DNA of 64,000 nt from Pristiophorus japonicus (GCF_044704955.1 NC_091995.1:26536001-26600000), one strand, 5' to 3'. Numbered from the stretch's first letter, positions 1 through 11,531 are shown. Notes: generated from the letters alone by a model not told the origin. A program made the numbers and translations.

Positions 1-1313
1 GGGAGGAAAGAGGCGCTGGAGAGGTGGGGGGGGGTAGTATAGAGAGCTGTGTGGTGGGGGGGTGGAGGAGAGAGAGAGTCTGGGGCGGAGGGGGGAGAGA
101 GGCTGGGGGGGAGAGAGAGCGAGGCGGGGGGGAGAGAGAGAGGCTGGGGCGGGGGGGGAGAGAGAGAGGCTGGGGCGGGGGGGGAGAGAGAGAGGCTGGG
201 GCGGGGGGGAGAGAGAGAGGCTGGGGCGGGGGGGAGAGAGAGAGAGGCTGGTGGGGGAGAGAGAGAGGCTGCGGGGGGGAGAGAGAGAGGCTGCGGGGAT
301 GGAGAGAGAGAGGCTGGGGGGATGGAGAGAGAGAGGCTGCGGGGGGGAGAGAGAGAGGCTGGGGGGATGGAGAGAGAGAGGCTGGGGGGATGGAGAGAGA
401 GAGGCTGGGGGGATGGAGAGAGAGAGGCTGGGGGGTGGAGAGAGAGAGGCTGGGGGGTGGAGAGAGAGAGGCTGGGGGGGAAGGGGCTGGGGAGGGGGGG
501 GAGAGAGGCTGTAGGGGGGAACGAGAGGCGGGGGGGGAACGAGAGGCGAGGGGGAACGAGAGGCGGGGGTGAGGAAAGAGAGGCTGGGGGGGGAGGAGAA
601 GAGAGTGGCCGGGGGGGGGGGGAGAGAAGAGTGTGGCTGGAGAGGTGGGGGGGGTAGTATAGAGAGCTGTGTGGTGGGGGGGTTGGAGGAGAGAGAGGCT
701 GGGGTTGCGGGGATGAGGGAAGTAGAGAGAGGTTGGGTATGGGGGAAGAGAGAGAGAGAGAGAGTCTGGGGGTGAGAGAGGCTGGGGGGGTTGAAGAGAG
801 GGGGGTTGGAGAGGGTGCCTGGTGGGGGGAGGTAGGCTGGGGGGAGGGGGATAGGAGGGCGAGGCTGGGGGAGGTGTAGGAGAGAGAGAGGCTGCGGGTT
901 GAGAGAAAGTGGCTGGGGTGCGGGGAGAGGGAGGCTGGCTGGGGTGGGGGGGATGAGAGGGAGGCTGGCGGGGAGAGAGAAAAAGTGACAGGGGTGGGGG
1001 AGAGGGAAGAGGGGTCGCGGGTCCGAGGTGGGGGGGCACAGGAAGAGTGAGGCCGGTGGAGGGGTAGGGGGCTGGAAGAGAAAGAGAGAGATAGAGAGAG
1101 AGTGTGAGGTGTTGGGGTGGGGGCTGATGGCGGTGGAGAGTGAGGCTGGGGGTGGGGATGATAATGGGGCTGGGGGGGGAAAGAGAGAGGTTGGGGTGGA
1201 ATAGAGAGAGGCTGGGGATGTGGGGTGAGGGGCTGGGTGGCAGGAGACTGAGTCTGGGGGTGGGGGAGAGGGAGAGAGAGGTTGGGGAGGAGGGGGAGGA
1301 GAGAGAGGCGGGG

Positions 1314-1360
<47 letters not shown>

Positions 1361-2430
1361 TGGGGGTGGGGGAGAGGGGCTGTGGGGGGGGGTGGGGAGA
1401 GAGGCTGTGCGGGGGGGTGGAGAGAGGGGCTGGGGGGGAGAAGAGAGGGGCTGGGGGGGAGAAGAGAGGGGCTGGGGGGGAGAAGAGGGGGCTGCGGGGG
1501 GGAGGAAAGAGAGGCTGGGGGGCAGGAAAGAGTGGCTGGGGGTGCTGGGGGGAGGAGAGAGGCTGGGGGGGAAGAGAGGGGCTTGGGGGGGAGAAGAGAG
1601 GGGCTGGGGGGAAGAAGAGGGGGCTGCGAGGGGGGGAGGAAAGAGAGGCTGGGGTGGGAGGAAAGAGTGGCTGGGGGTGCTGGGGGGGAGGAGAGAGGCT
1701 GGGGGGCTGAGGGAGGCTGGGGGGTTGGTTGGAGAGCGCGTCTGGTGGGGGCAGTAGGCTGGGAGGAGTCGGGTAGGAGTGCGAGGCTCGGGGGGTGTGG
1801 TAGGAGAGAGAGAGGCTGCAGGGGAGAGAGAAAGTTGCTGGGGTGGTGGGAGAGGGAAGAGGGGCCGCCGGTGTGAGGGGGTCACAGGAAGAGTGAGGCC
1901 AGTGGAGGGGTGGGGTAGGGTGGTGAGGGAGGGAAGAGTGAGAGTGAGAGTGAGAGTGAGAGACTGAGGTGTTGGGGGGAGGGAAGGAGGATGGGGGAGA
2001 GGGAGAGAGAGGTTGGGTGGAGGGGGAGGCGAGAGGCGCTCGGGATTGGGGGAAAGAGAGGGACTGGGGGGGGTAGAGGGGCGGGGGTGGGAGAGGGGGG
2101 CTGTTGGGGGGCTGAGGGGTGGAAGAGAGGGGCTGGGAGGGGAGAGAGAGGCTGGGGGTAGGGAGCGGGAGAGGCTGGGCGGACAGAGCGGGAAAGGCTG
2201 GGCGGAGGGAGCGGGAGAGGCTGGGGGGAGGGAGCGGGAGAGGCTGGGGGGAGGGATCCGGAGAGGCTGGGGGGGTTGGAGAGAGGCAGGGGGGGATGGA
2301 GGCCGGGTGGGGGGTGAAGAGAAGCTGGGAGGAGAGAGGGAGAGTGGATGGGGGAGTGGGGTGCGGGGGAAGAGGGAGGCTGGGGGTGGGAGAGAGAGAA
2401 AGAGGCTGGGGGCGAGAGAGGAATGAAAGA
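1..2430. repeat. G/A-rich strand-asymmetric low-complexity tract built from (GA)n-GGCT-G(n) units
   Basis: Dozens of 'gagagagaggctgggggg' units and a pure (GA)n run near 1315-1357. Internal duplications, e.g. 'gctggagaggtggggggggtagtatagagagctgtg' near 15 and 636. Confidence 0.95.
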
Positions 2431-4033
2431 AAAGGGAATAAGTCCGACTGCAGCAACTGCAGAGGAATCTCCCTGTAATCAGTCATTGGGAAAGTCGTCT
2501 CAGGAGTCTTCCTCAATCGCCTTCTCCCCATGGCCGAGGAGCTCCTCCTGGAGTCACTGTGTAGATTTCTTCCCGTATGGGCCACAATGGACATGATTTT
2601 TGCAGCGCGACAGCTACAGGAAAAATGCAGGGAACAGCGCCAGCCCCCAGCCCTTATACATGGCCTTCTTCAACCTTGCAAAGGCCTTTGACACTGTCAA
2701 CCCCGAGGGTCTATGGAGCATCCTCCACCGTTTCGGATGCCCCCCAAAAGTTCGTCACCATCCTCCCACCTGCTCCACAATGACATGCGGGTCGTGATCC
2801 TTCCAACAGATCCATCACAGACCCAATCCACGTGCGGACCGGGCTCAAACAGGGCTGCGTCATCGCTCCAACTCTCTTCTCAATCTTCCTCGCTGCCATG
2901 CTCCACCTCACAATCAACAAGCTTCCCGCTGGAGTGGAACTAAACTACAGAACCAGTGGGAACCTGTTCAACCTTCGCCGTCTCCAGGCCAGGTCCAAGA
3001 CCACCTCAACCTCTGTCGTCGAGCTACAGTACACAGACGATGCCTGCGCCTGTGCACATACAGAGGTTGAAATCCAGGACATAGTCGACGTATTTACTGA
3101 GGCGTACGAAAGCATGGGCCTTATGGTATACATCCGTAAGACAAAGGTCCTCCACCAGCCAGTCCTCGCCACACAGCACTGCCCCCCAGTCATCAAGATC
3201 CATGGTGGGCCCTGGACACTGTGGAGCACTTCCCATACCTCAGGAGCCTCTTATCAACAAGAGCAGTCATTGACGACACGAGTCAACATCGCCTCCAGTG
3301 TGCCAGTGCAGCCTTCGGCCACCTGGGGAAAAGAGTGTTAGAAGACTAGGCCCTCAAAACTGCCACCAAGCTCATGGTCTACAGGGTTGCAGTAATACCT
3401 GCCCTCCTGTATGGCTCAGAGACATGGACCATGTACAGTAAACACCTCAAGTCGCTGGAGAAATACCACCAAAGATGTCTCCGCAAAATTCTACAAATCC
3501 CCTGAGAAGACAATGCCCCAACATTAGTGTCCTCGACCAGGCCAATATCCCCAGCATTGAAGCACTGATCACACTTGATCAACTCCGCTGGGCAGGCCAC
3601 ATCGTTCGCATGCCAGACACGAGACTACCAAAGCAAGCTCTGTACTTGGATCTCCTTCATGGCAAATGAGCCAAAGTTGGGCAGAGGAAGCATTACAACC
3701 CTCAAAGCCTCCCTGAAAAAGTGCAACATCCCCAATGACACCTGGGAGTCCCTGACCAAAGACTGCCCTAAATGGAGGAAGTTCATCCAGGAGGGTGCAG
3801 ACCAAATCAAGTCTCATCGCTGAGAGCATGCAGAAATCAAGCGCAGGCAGCGGAAAGAGCGTGCAGCAAACCTGTCCCACCCACTCTTTCCTTCAACGAC
3901 TATCTGTTCCACCTGTGACAGGGACTGTGGCTCTCGTATTGGACTGTTCAGCCAACTAAGGACTCATTTTAAGAGTGGAAGCAAGTCATCCTCGATTCCG
4001 TGGACTGTCGATCATGATAATGATGATGATGAT
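2430..4033 (+). mobile_element. RTE-clade LINE, 3' half (RT region), decayed
   Basis: RT motifs GLKQGCVIAPTLF and LQYTDDAC, with frameshifts. 3' end 'gtggaagcaagtcatcctcgattcc' followed by an (ATG)n tail. Confidence 0.9.
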
Positions 4034-4321
4034 GTTTATGAGAGGCAGGGTTGTAGTGGTGTAGTGTGAGGGTTGTACAGTATAGAGCCTAGTTTCATAG
4101 AATCACACAGCACAAATGGAGGCCATTCAGCCCATCGTGCCTGTACTGTCTCTTAGCAAGAGCAATTCAAATTAGTTTCACTCCCATGCTCTTTCCCCAA
4201 AGCCCTGCCCGGAATTTCAAACAAACTAATCTTATTCGCACTGCACCCATTTAGCGCCTGTTTTCACCCTTAGGCCAAAAATAACCCCTGCTATCTTTCG
4301 GATGATATGTTAAACTTAGGC

Positions 4322-4600
4322 CCCATCTACCCTCTCAAGTGGACGCAAAAGATCCCACAACACTATTTCGAAGAACAGGCGAGTTCTCCTGCACAATATT
4401 TATGCCTCAACCAACATCAATAAAAAGCAGATTATCTGGTCATTATCTTATTGATGTTTGTGGGTCCTTGCTGTGCATAATTTGTCTGCTGCCTTTCCTG
4501 CATTATAACAGTGACTGCACTTCAGAAGGGTACTTCACTGGCTTTAAAGCCTTTTGGGACGTCCTGAGGGTATGAAAGGCGCCATATAAATGCAAGCTCT
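4322..4600 (+). mobile_element. Deu-domain SINE (SacSINE1/AmnSINE1-like), 5'-truncated
   Basis: 'aaagatccca..cactatttcgaag' core and 'tataaatgcaag' tail; recurs many times in the window. Confidence 0.7.
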
Positions 4601-4907
4601 AGAGGTACTAGAAGGGCCCGTGTTGTCAGCATCAATCAGTTGAGCAGGGGAGGAAGAAGTGACAGGATCTCAAATAAGTATTCTACTGATGCAATTGTGG
4701 GGTAGTCACAGCGTCAGTTACAACTGCCTGGGTTTTGAAACACATTGAGGATACTTCATTATAAGGATAACATCTTGTGCCACACTGAACATAAACCAAG
4801 GTACAGAAGCTTGGTCGACCACAATTACAGTACCAGGCACAGTTCTGATCACCATATTATAAAAAGGGTATAGAGGCACTGGAGAAGGTGAAAAGATTTA
4901 CAACAAT

Positions 4908-5160
4908 CTTTTTCTTCTTAGGCGGTCCCTCGTATCGAGGATGACTTGCTTCCACACCAAAAAGGGATGAGATTGTGACATTCCAGGTCCTGAAATACAT
5001 ATTGAAGGGTGGAAGATGCCTGTGCGTGGATTTTTTTAACGTGTGGTGGCCGTTGCACACCAGTCACTACACGGGCTTGACAGAGCTAGGTCTTGTTCCA
5101 GTGGCAAGGATTAACCAAGACGACTGGAGACCAGCTGTGCTGCACGGACCTAGTGCGCAT
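4908..5160 (-). mobile_element. Short non-autonomous RTE-derived (bipartite) element
   Basis: Reverse complement matches the RTE 5'UTR/ORF start (about 12360-12530) joined to the RTE 3' terminus 'gtggaagcaagtcatcctcgat..gaggga', with an (AAG)n-like tail. Confidence 0.75.
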
Positions 5161-5189
5161 AAATAATGATTCGGTTATCACCATTTTAT

Positions 5190-5640
5190 AGCCTGAGGTC
5201 ATCACTATCAGAAAAGATTGAATAGGTCGGGGCTCTTTTCTCTAGAAAAGAGAAAGCGGAGAGATGGCCTGATAACCTTGTTTAGGATTATGAAAGGGTT
5301 TGATAGGGTCGACGTAGAAAAGATGGTTCCCTTTGCTGTGAGACCAAAACTAGGGGCCATAAATATAAGAGTCATCAATAAATCCAATAGGAAATTCAGG
5401 AGAAAATTCTTTACCCAGAGAATGATTTGAATGTGAACCTCGCTACAAGGAGTGGTTGAGGTGAATAGTATTGATGCCTTTAAGGGGAAGGTCGATAAAC
5501 ACAGGATGGATAAAGGAATAGAAAGATATGCTGATAGACGAAGTAGGGAGGGAGGAAGCTCGTGTGGAGCATAAACACCGGCAGGGACCGGTTGGGCCGA
5601 GTGGCCTGTTTCTGTGTTGTAGTCTCAATGTAATTCTATG
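5190..5640 (+). mobile_element. CR1 LINE 3' fragment, old
   Basis: GLFSLEKRKRRDGLI..FRIMKGFD..RKFFTQR, typical of the CR1 ORF2 C-terminus. Confidence 0.8.
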
Positions 5641-5658
5641 TAACCCTGACAGACTTAC

Positions 5659-5928
5659 CCGTGATGGTCAGATGGTAGGTTTTGTTGGTTTGACTGATTG
5701 GGTTTGCCACAGTGCAGGTGTAAGAGCCAGATTCCGATTTCTGTACATTCCTAATGATTAAAGTGGTGTTGCCGTCCGACAGCCAATAGCGTTGGTCGGC
5801 TGGGAGCACGACCCCTCCTCTGGTCCACAGAATGGAACTGGCTCTCCCTCTCTGCACCTCACAGCTCAGCGCAACTGTGTGGTTCTTGAGGCTGCAGTTA
5901 CTGGAGATCGAGGGTTTGGAGAGAGGGT
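5659..5928 (-). CDS. IgSF copy A, Ig C2-type exon (CD2/CEACAM/HEPACAM-like)
   Basis: 270 nt, acceptor 'tgtctttctccag|AC', donor 'ACGG|gtaagt', phase 1-1. PLSKPSI..VALSCEV..ILWTRGG..GNTTLIIRNVQKSESGSYTCTVANPIS carries the canonical C-W-C. Confidence 0.85.
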
Positions 5929-6529
5929 CTGGAGAAAGACACAAACAGAGGGGTTTTCACTTAATGAACAAACGCACCAATTTGCTCCCACAAACAGCAA
6001 TGGGATAATGACCAGAAAATCTGGTTTCTGTGTTTGTTGAGGGATAAATATGGCCAGGGTATCAGGGAGAAATCCCCTGTTCTTCAAAATAATGCCATGG
6101 GATCTTTTACATCTACCAGAGAGGGCAGACAAGGCCTCGGTTATTCAATGAGGTTTGTGTGTTCAATCTTAGGTTTTCATTTAAAGTGGATAAAATACAT
6201 GTAGCGAGAACATCAACAAGGTTCAAAATAGTACTGTGCGTAAACTTTAAAGCTTTTCTTACACATCCCCCGAGTCCACACATTGACAACTATTTATATC
6301 ACAGAAACACACACAGCAGTTAGTTTACAGTAAACTCACCTGCACAGCCAGTGAAGAGGTAACACAAAAATAAACTGATTTTCACAGGAACTTAATAAAA
6401 TCTTAATGGGACAGACTTTCCTTAGCGTTGGGACACATGGAGACCCTGGTCACTAACAGAAGCACAAGATGCTCACGATTTCACGCCTAGCCCAGCTCTT
6501 ACACCCAACATTGAAGAGGAAAATTTGCC

Positions 6530-6960
6530 TTATCGTTTACGAAGATCTCAGGTCAAGCCTCACTGCAGGACTTTAGCGCATAATCCAGGCCGACACTTGC
6601 CTGCAGTACTGAGAAAGTGCAGCATTGTCAGAGGTGCTGACCTTTGAAAAATACATTAAACCGAGGCCCTCGGTGCCTGTTTAGTTAAAGATTCCCATGA
6701 CATTAGGTAAAGGATCCCATGACATTAATCCAAAGAAGAGTATGAAAGTTCTCATTTCCTGGCCAATCAATACCATGAAAACTGGATGAACAGGTCATTC
6801 ATCTCATTTACTAATTGTGGGATCTTGCTATGCACAAATTGACTGCCGTGTTTCCCGACATTACAGCAGTGACTACACTTCAAAAAGTACTTCACTGGCT
6901 TGTGAAGCGCTTTGAGATGTACTGAGGAAGTGGAATGTCCTGTATAAATGCAAGTTCCTT
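6530..6960 (+). mobile_element. Deu-domain SINE, near full length
   Basis: 'ttaaaccgaggccc', 'aaagg/aatcccatg', 'acttcaaaaagtacttcactggc' and 'tataaatgcaagtt' tail. Confidence 0.7.
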
Positions 6961-8164
6961 ATTTCTGTCTCGATTTTGTTAGCATCAATTGTTGTGAAGA
7001 TTGTTGGGAACTGGGTCTCGGTGCTTGACAGTACAGGGTGATTGGTTTGAATACAGCTTTCACGTTTAATCAATAGGCCATATAACAGGGACCTTCAGTG
7101 GTATTGGTGCATTCTCCACTGTGGCCAAAGAGGATAGCTGCTCCAGCAGAGATATTTCAGTCCCCACCATGTATAGCGGGCATGTTGGTATTAACACAAT
7201 TTGCCCGCTATCAGTAGCAGATGGGAAAACTGCATTTCGTTATGACAATAGCAACACTCCAATAGCTGGAGAGAGGCAAGGAGTCCAGAGCATGTTCTGG
7301 GAAGCAGGGAGGCTACAAAAGAAAGTTAATCCCTGCAAGAGGGTTAAACATTGCACTGTGTGGCATCTCTTTCAAGAATGGGGATAAATAGCTGTTGAAG
7401 GTCAATAGAAAACTTCAAAACTGAGATGGATAGATATTTGTTAGGCAAGGGTATTAAGGATTGGAGAACAAGGCAGGTAAATGGAGCGAAGATACAGAAC
7501 AGCCATCATCTAAGTGATTGGCAGAACAGGCTGGAGGGGCTGAATTATCTCCTCCTGTTCCGATGGTCCTTTGTTCCACAGTGCTTGGGGACGGGAAGAC
7601 ATTAATCCATCAATGTGTTCAGTAGGTTTTACCAGCAGTCGGATGTCGTCCAAAACTGTTCAAGGGCTGACTGTTTTGTGACTGATGGTCCAGGTATGTT
7701 ATTTGATGCATTATGCAATTCAACAAGTTTGATTTACCATTATCTGAAACAGCTCAATGTATTATAAATAGCCGCTTTGTAAATGGATTCAGTGGAAATG
7801 GCAAATGGTCTGTGCCATTTGTCCGATATAGGCGTTTGCCCGTGATAAGCACAGATGGTGTAAGTGATCGGGATGGTATTTGAAAATGGAAACCACGGGG
7901 AAAGAAAAGTGGCCTGTTCAAAAATGAAAGCCACAATTTTATACTGAGGATAAGAAAGTGCCAATAAATACTGCGGTCTGGTGCTTAATAGAAGCAAAAA
8001 CTCTTAATTTTTCAATAAATTACAAGGGTTTTTAACACTGCTGTCAAATTTCCTATGACCCTGTTGATGGACACAACTTATTTTTGATATAAAAGATGGC
8101 AACATCGTTGTGCGATTTCAGAAAGAGATCTCACAGAGTCTGAAACTACACGACTGCTGGCACA

Positions 8165-8260
8165 GGGAGAGCTTAACCACACACAATAAAGGGGAGGGAG
8201 GTAGAGCTCATTCACACACAATAAAGGTGGGGGGAGTAGGGATTGCTTATTCATACACAA
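8165..8260. repeat. Intronic minisatellite 'gagctcattcacacacaataaagggg'
   Basis: 2-3 imperfect units. Homologues at about 20470-20580, 28268-28372, 28577-28677 and, inverted, 46488-46560. Confidence 0.7.
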
Positions 8261-8429
8261 TTAGTTGTTGAATTTTAGTTTCCCAGTCCCCACAATCATT
8301 CTCACAGGCAACCATGGCAACGCGTGAGTCTGCAGAGCAATCTAAAACAAATTTATATCTTCTTCAAACATAAGTGCAGCAGAACATTGCACTGGGTCAC
8401 CACCTGCGAGTTATTTAAATAACACTGAC

Positions 8430-8729
8430 CAAACACCTCGAGAGTTAGAATTCTGGTCCTGTGAGGGTCTAAGTCCACAGTCAATGTGTATCTCCCAGTG
8501 TCTGCCTGCTGTAAATCTTTTCGTAATAAGGATCCATCTGATTTGTTAAATTCAACTCGATTCCTGTACTGGTCAAATATGATGGGATGTATTTTGGTGT
8601 ATTCCATAATGGGAATAGTCCTGCTGGGATCAGAGAATTCCCAGTTGAAATCGGAGAATCCTCTATCAGTTCCAGGGAATCGGATGGAGGAACCTACAGC
8701 AGCCACCATGCTGTCTTTCACCATCTGTG
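8430..8729 (-). CDS. IgSF copy A, cysteine-less Ig V-type exon
   Basis: 300 nt, acceptor 'tattttag|CACAGATG', donor 'TTTG|gtcagt', phase 1-1. GSSIRFP..FNWEF..YRNRVEF..GSLL.KDLQQADTGRYTL. Open frame, but no leader exon found. Confidence 0.8.
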
Positions 8730-9240
8730 CTAAAATATAACTGAGTGAATCAGAACAGTTTACACTTTATTTACAATTCTTTTTAAATAATACAATTCAA
8801 CCATGTTCCCGCTTGTTAAAGGGACACAACCACTCGAACCTGCAAGCTAACCAAAAAGGTTTCAGAAAACCGAACAAATCAAATTACACACAGTATTACA
8901 GGTGGGGTTTAATCATTACACAAACAGTGGCAGCTGTGTAAATGAATCCGCTTCTCCCCATTTAACGTGTGTCAGTGTCTTTGTTGGTAATCTTCAGCTG
9001 CTCATGAACGGTTTCCCAATCAGCCCATGTAAACACAATATAACTCACAATAAAATTATATCACTCAATGAAGTAGCTATTTGTACTGCACTTTTTGGAC
9101 AGACGCCCCCCACCCATCCCTGCCCGTCCTGCACTTTTTTTGTCCGACAGGCGACAAACCCCACACCGCCCCCCTTCCCGGGCCCCGAATCATTCTCCTC
9201 ACCTGGTGTCGAGAAGCAGGACCTGAGGCACCGAGAAGGT

Positions 9241-9605
9241 GCCGGAGGTACTGGAGTGCATCATCACCCCCGGCAACCACATTTTAATTTGATCATTTAC
9301 GTTTAAAGTTTAATTTGTTTAATTTGCCGGTTTTAGTGCCCCACCCCCGTTAGCCAGGGGGCACTTGTATAATGTGTGTGTTGGTGCTCTCAAAAAAAAA
9401 AGGGGGGCACTGGAAAAAAAATGTATTTTGGAGTGTGACCCCCCTCCCCCCACCCACCTTGCAGGGGCATTTGTTTAAAGTGCACAATTAAAATAGTTGA
9501 GACACCGAGAACACAAAAAAACAAGGGGGCACTTGAACAGATTTTGGAGTGTTCCCCCTTTAATCTGGGGGCACTTGATTACTGATCGCAACTAAAATAG
9601 TTGAG
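9241..9605 (+). mobile_element. Probable L1/Tx1-type LINE 3' end fragment
   Basis: Short ORF end PEVLECIITPGNHILI* followed by a T-rich stretch and repeated agtgcccc/ggggcact stems. Family assignment is from recollection of similar shark elements, not a search. Confidence 0.4.
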
Positions 9606-9724
9606 GCCCCAAGATTCCGCTGAGCCCCCGACCCTCTTTCACCGCAGATTTCCAGAGGACTCGCACTCCGCTCTACCGACTCGCTCCCTCATCGATAGCG
9701 GTGGTCCTGGGCCCGATTGTGAGA

Positions 9725-10980
9725 GAAAGTGTCTGGGGGGGCGGCGGGAGAGAGAGACACTGGGGGATGGGGGGGGGAGAGAGAGAGAGGCTCGTGGGGC
9801 GGGGGGGGGAAGAGAGAGAGAGAGAGAGAGAGGCTGGGGGGGGGGGAGAGGAACTGGGGAGAGGGAGAGGGAGAGGCTGGGGGGAGAGAGAGAGGCTTGG
9901 GGGAAGAGAGAGAGGCTGGGGGGGGAGAGAGAGAGGCTGGGAGGGGAGAGAGAGAGGCTGGGGGGGAGAGAGAGAGGCTGGGGGGGGAGAGAGAGAGGCT
10001 GGGGGGGGGGAGTGAGAGAGGCTCGGGGGGTGGGAGAAAGGCTGAGGGGGAGAGAGAGGCTGGGGGTTAGGGAGAGAGGCTGAGGGGGAGAGAGAGAGGC
10101 TCGGGGGGAGGGAGAGAGGCTGGGGGGGAGAGAGCGGCCGGAGGAGTAGGGAGAGAGGCTGGGGGGTGAGAGGGAGAGGTGGGAGGGTGAGAGGGAGAGG
10201 TGGTAGGGAGAGGTGGGGGGTAGGGTAGAGGGAGAGTCTGGGGGGTGAGAGGGAGAGTCTGGGGGGGAGGGAGAGTGGGGGGAGAGGCGGGGGGAGAGAG
10301 GGAAAGGCGAGGGGGTAGAGGGAGAGTCTGGGGGGTGAGAGGGAGAGTCTGGGGTGAGGGGGAGGGGAGGGAGAGGCGGGGGGAGAGAGGGAGAGGCGGG
10401 GGGGAGGGGGTAGAGAGAGAGTCTGGGGGGGAAGAGGGAGAGGCGGGGGGGAGAGAGGGAGAGGCGGCGGGGGGTAGAGGGAGAGTCTGGGGGGTGAGAG
10501 GGAGAGTCTGGGGGGGAAGGAAGGGGGGAGAGGGAGAGGCGGGGGGAGAGAGGGGGAGGCGGTGGTGTAGAGTGAGAGTCTGGGGGGGGTGAGAGGGAGA
10601 GGCGAGGGAGAGTCTGGGGGGTGAGGGGGAGAATCTGGGGGAGAGGGAGAGGCGGGGGGGAGAGGCTGGGGAGGGGGCGGGGAGGGGGAGAGAGTTTCAC
10701 TGGGGGGGGGGAGAGTGTGGCTGTTGGGTGGGGAGGGGAGAGAGTGTGGCTGTCGGGGGGGCGGGTAGAGAGTGTGGCTGGGGGTGCAGGGGGAGAGAGT
10801 GTGGCTGGGGGGGTGGAGAGGGAGAGAGTGTGGCTGTCGGGGGGGGGAAGGGGAGAGAGTGTGGCTGGGGGGGGGTGAGGGGGAGAGAGTGTGGCTGGGG
10901 GGTTGGAGGGGGAGAGAGAGAGAGAGAGAGAGAGCATGGTTGGGGTGGGAGAGAGAGACATGGGTGGGGAGGGGGGGGAG
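9725..10980. repeat. Second G/A-rich low-complexity tract
   Basis: Sub-arrays of 'gagagagaggctggggggg', 'gagggagagtctgggggg' and 'gagagtgtggctggggg'. Confidence 0.95.
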
Positions 10981-11478
10981 ACGGATCACCTTCTTCCAAC
11001 TACCTACAAGGGACATCGTTGGAGTGGATAATATCCAGATGTCATGACACTGTCACTATTCACTTCATACCCAATAACCCTGTTACCAATCCATATACAA
11101 TGTCTGCCCCATCTATGGCAGGGGGGCAGGGGGGGGGGCGCGGGGAGTGTGGAAGGATGCCCTTGTGCTGGGGTAAGGCACTTCGGCTGGGGGAGGCATG
11201 CACTTGGACTGGGGTAAGGCACTTTTGCTGGCTCTTGCTGTCTTCTGGGGAGCTCTGTCCTCTGTTGCTTCAGGAAGTCAAAGTGGAGCGAGGTACAATT
11301 TGCAAAGTCAGGGAGACCTTGGGATGGGCGGTTCCATTTACACATTCCAGTGAAACTTCAGGGTGCAGCTAATCGCCAAGGGGTAGACAAAGGGTAGGGC
11401 ACGGCGGCCATTTTCACAGTACAATTAATTGCGTCCATAACTTAAGCCACTGCCAGAGGACACGCAGCTCTCTCAGTG

Positions 11479-11531
11479 TTAGACAGTGACATCCAACAGG
11501 AAGAGTGCCATCAGGACTCACCGTCGTGTGA
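11479..11531 (-). other. Candidate terminal exon of IgSF copy B (hydrophobic tail, possibly GPI signal, with in-frame TGA)
   Basis: Strong pyrimidine tract 'tttttttttctttttgcatcag|'. Phase-1 frame reads VTRR*VLMALFLLDVTV*. Lies 3' of the B C2 exon, beyond the RTE insertion. Confidence 0.3.

Noticed and set aside
24-2478. Many G/R/E-rich ORFs
   Set aside because: Artefacts of a stop-poor purine tract; open in all frames with no domain.
7576-7610. CACAGTG heptamers near the Ig exons as V(D)J recombination signals
   Set aside because: No ACAAAAACC nonamer at 12/23 spacing. V exons already include the G strand and a splice donor, so these are not rearranging segments.
8165-8260. AATAAA in the minisatellite as intronic poly(A) sites, or a CRISPR-like array
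   Set aside because: AATAAA is antisense to the gene; units are degenerate without unique spacers, and the DNA is eukaryotic.
9190-9260. Leader-like remnant for copy A (LRHLLGASG, similar to LLHLLTDWASG)
   Set aside because: Only about 10-nt matches, a poor GTCCTG donor, no hydrophobic core or ATG, and it overlaps a probable LINE end.
9660-9700. tRNA A-box-like 'agtcggtagagcgg' on the - strand
   Set aside because: No B box or cloverleaf.
9601-11047. 440-447 aa Pro/Ser/Leu-rich ORFs (mucin- or extensin-like stalk)
   Set aside because: Reverse complement of the G/A tract, open in several frames, with no credible splice context.
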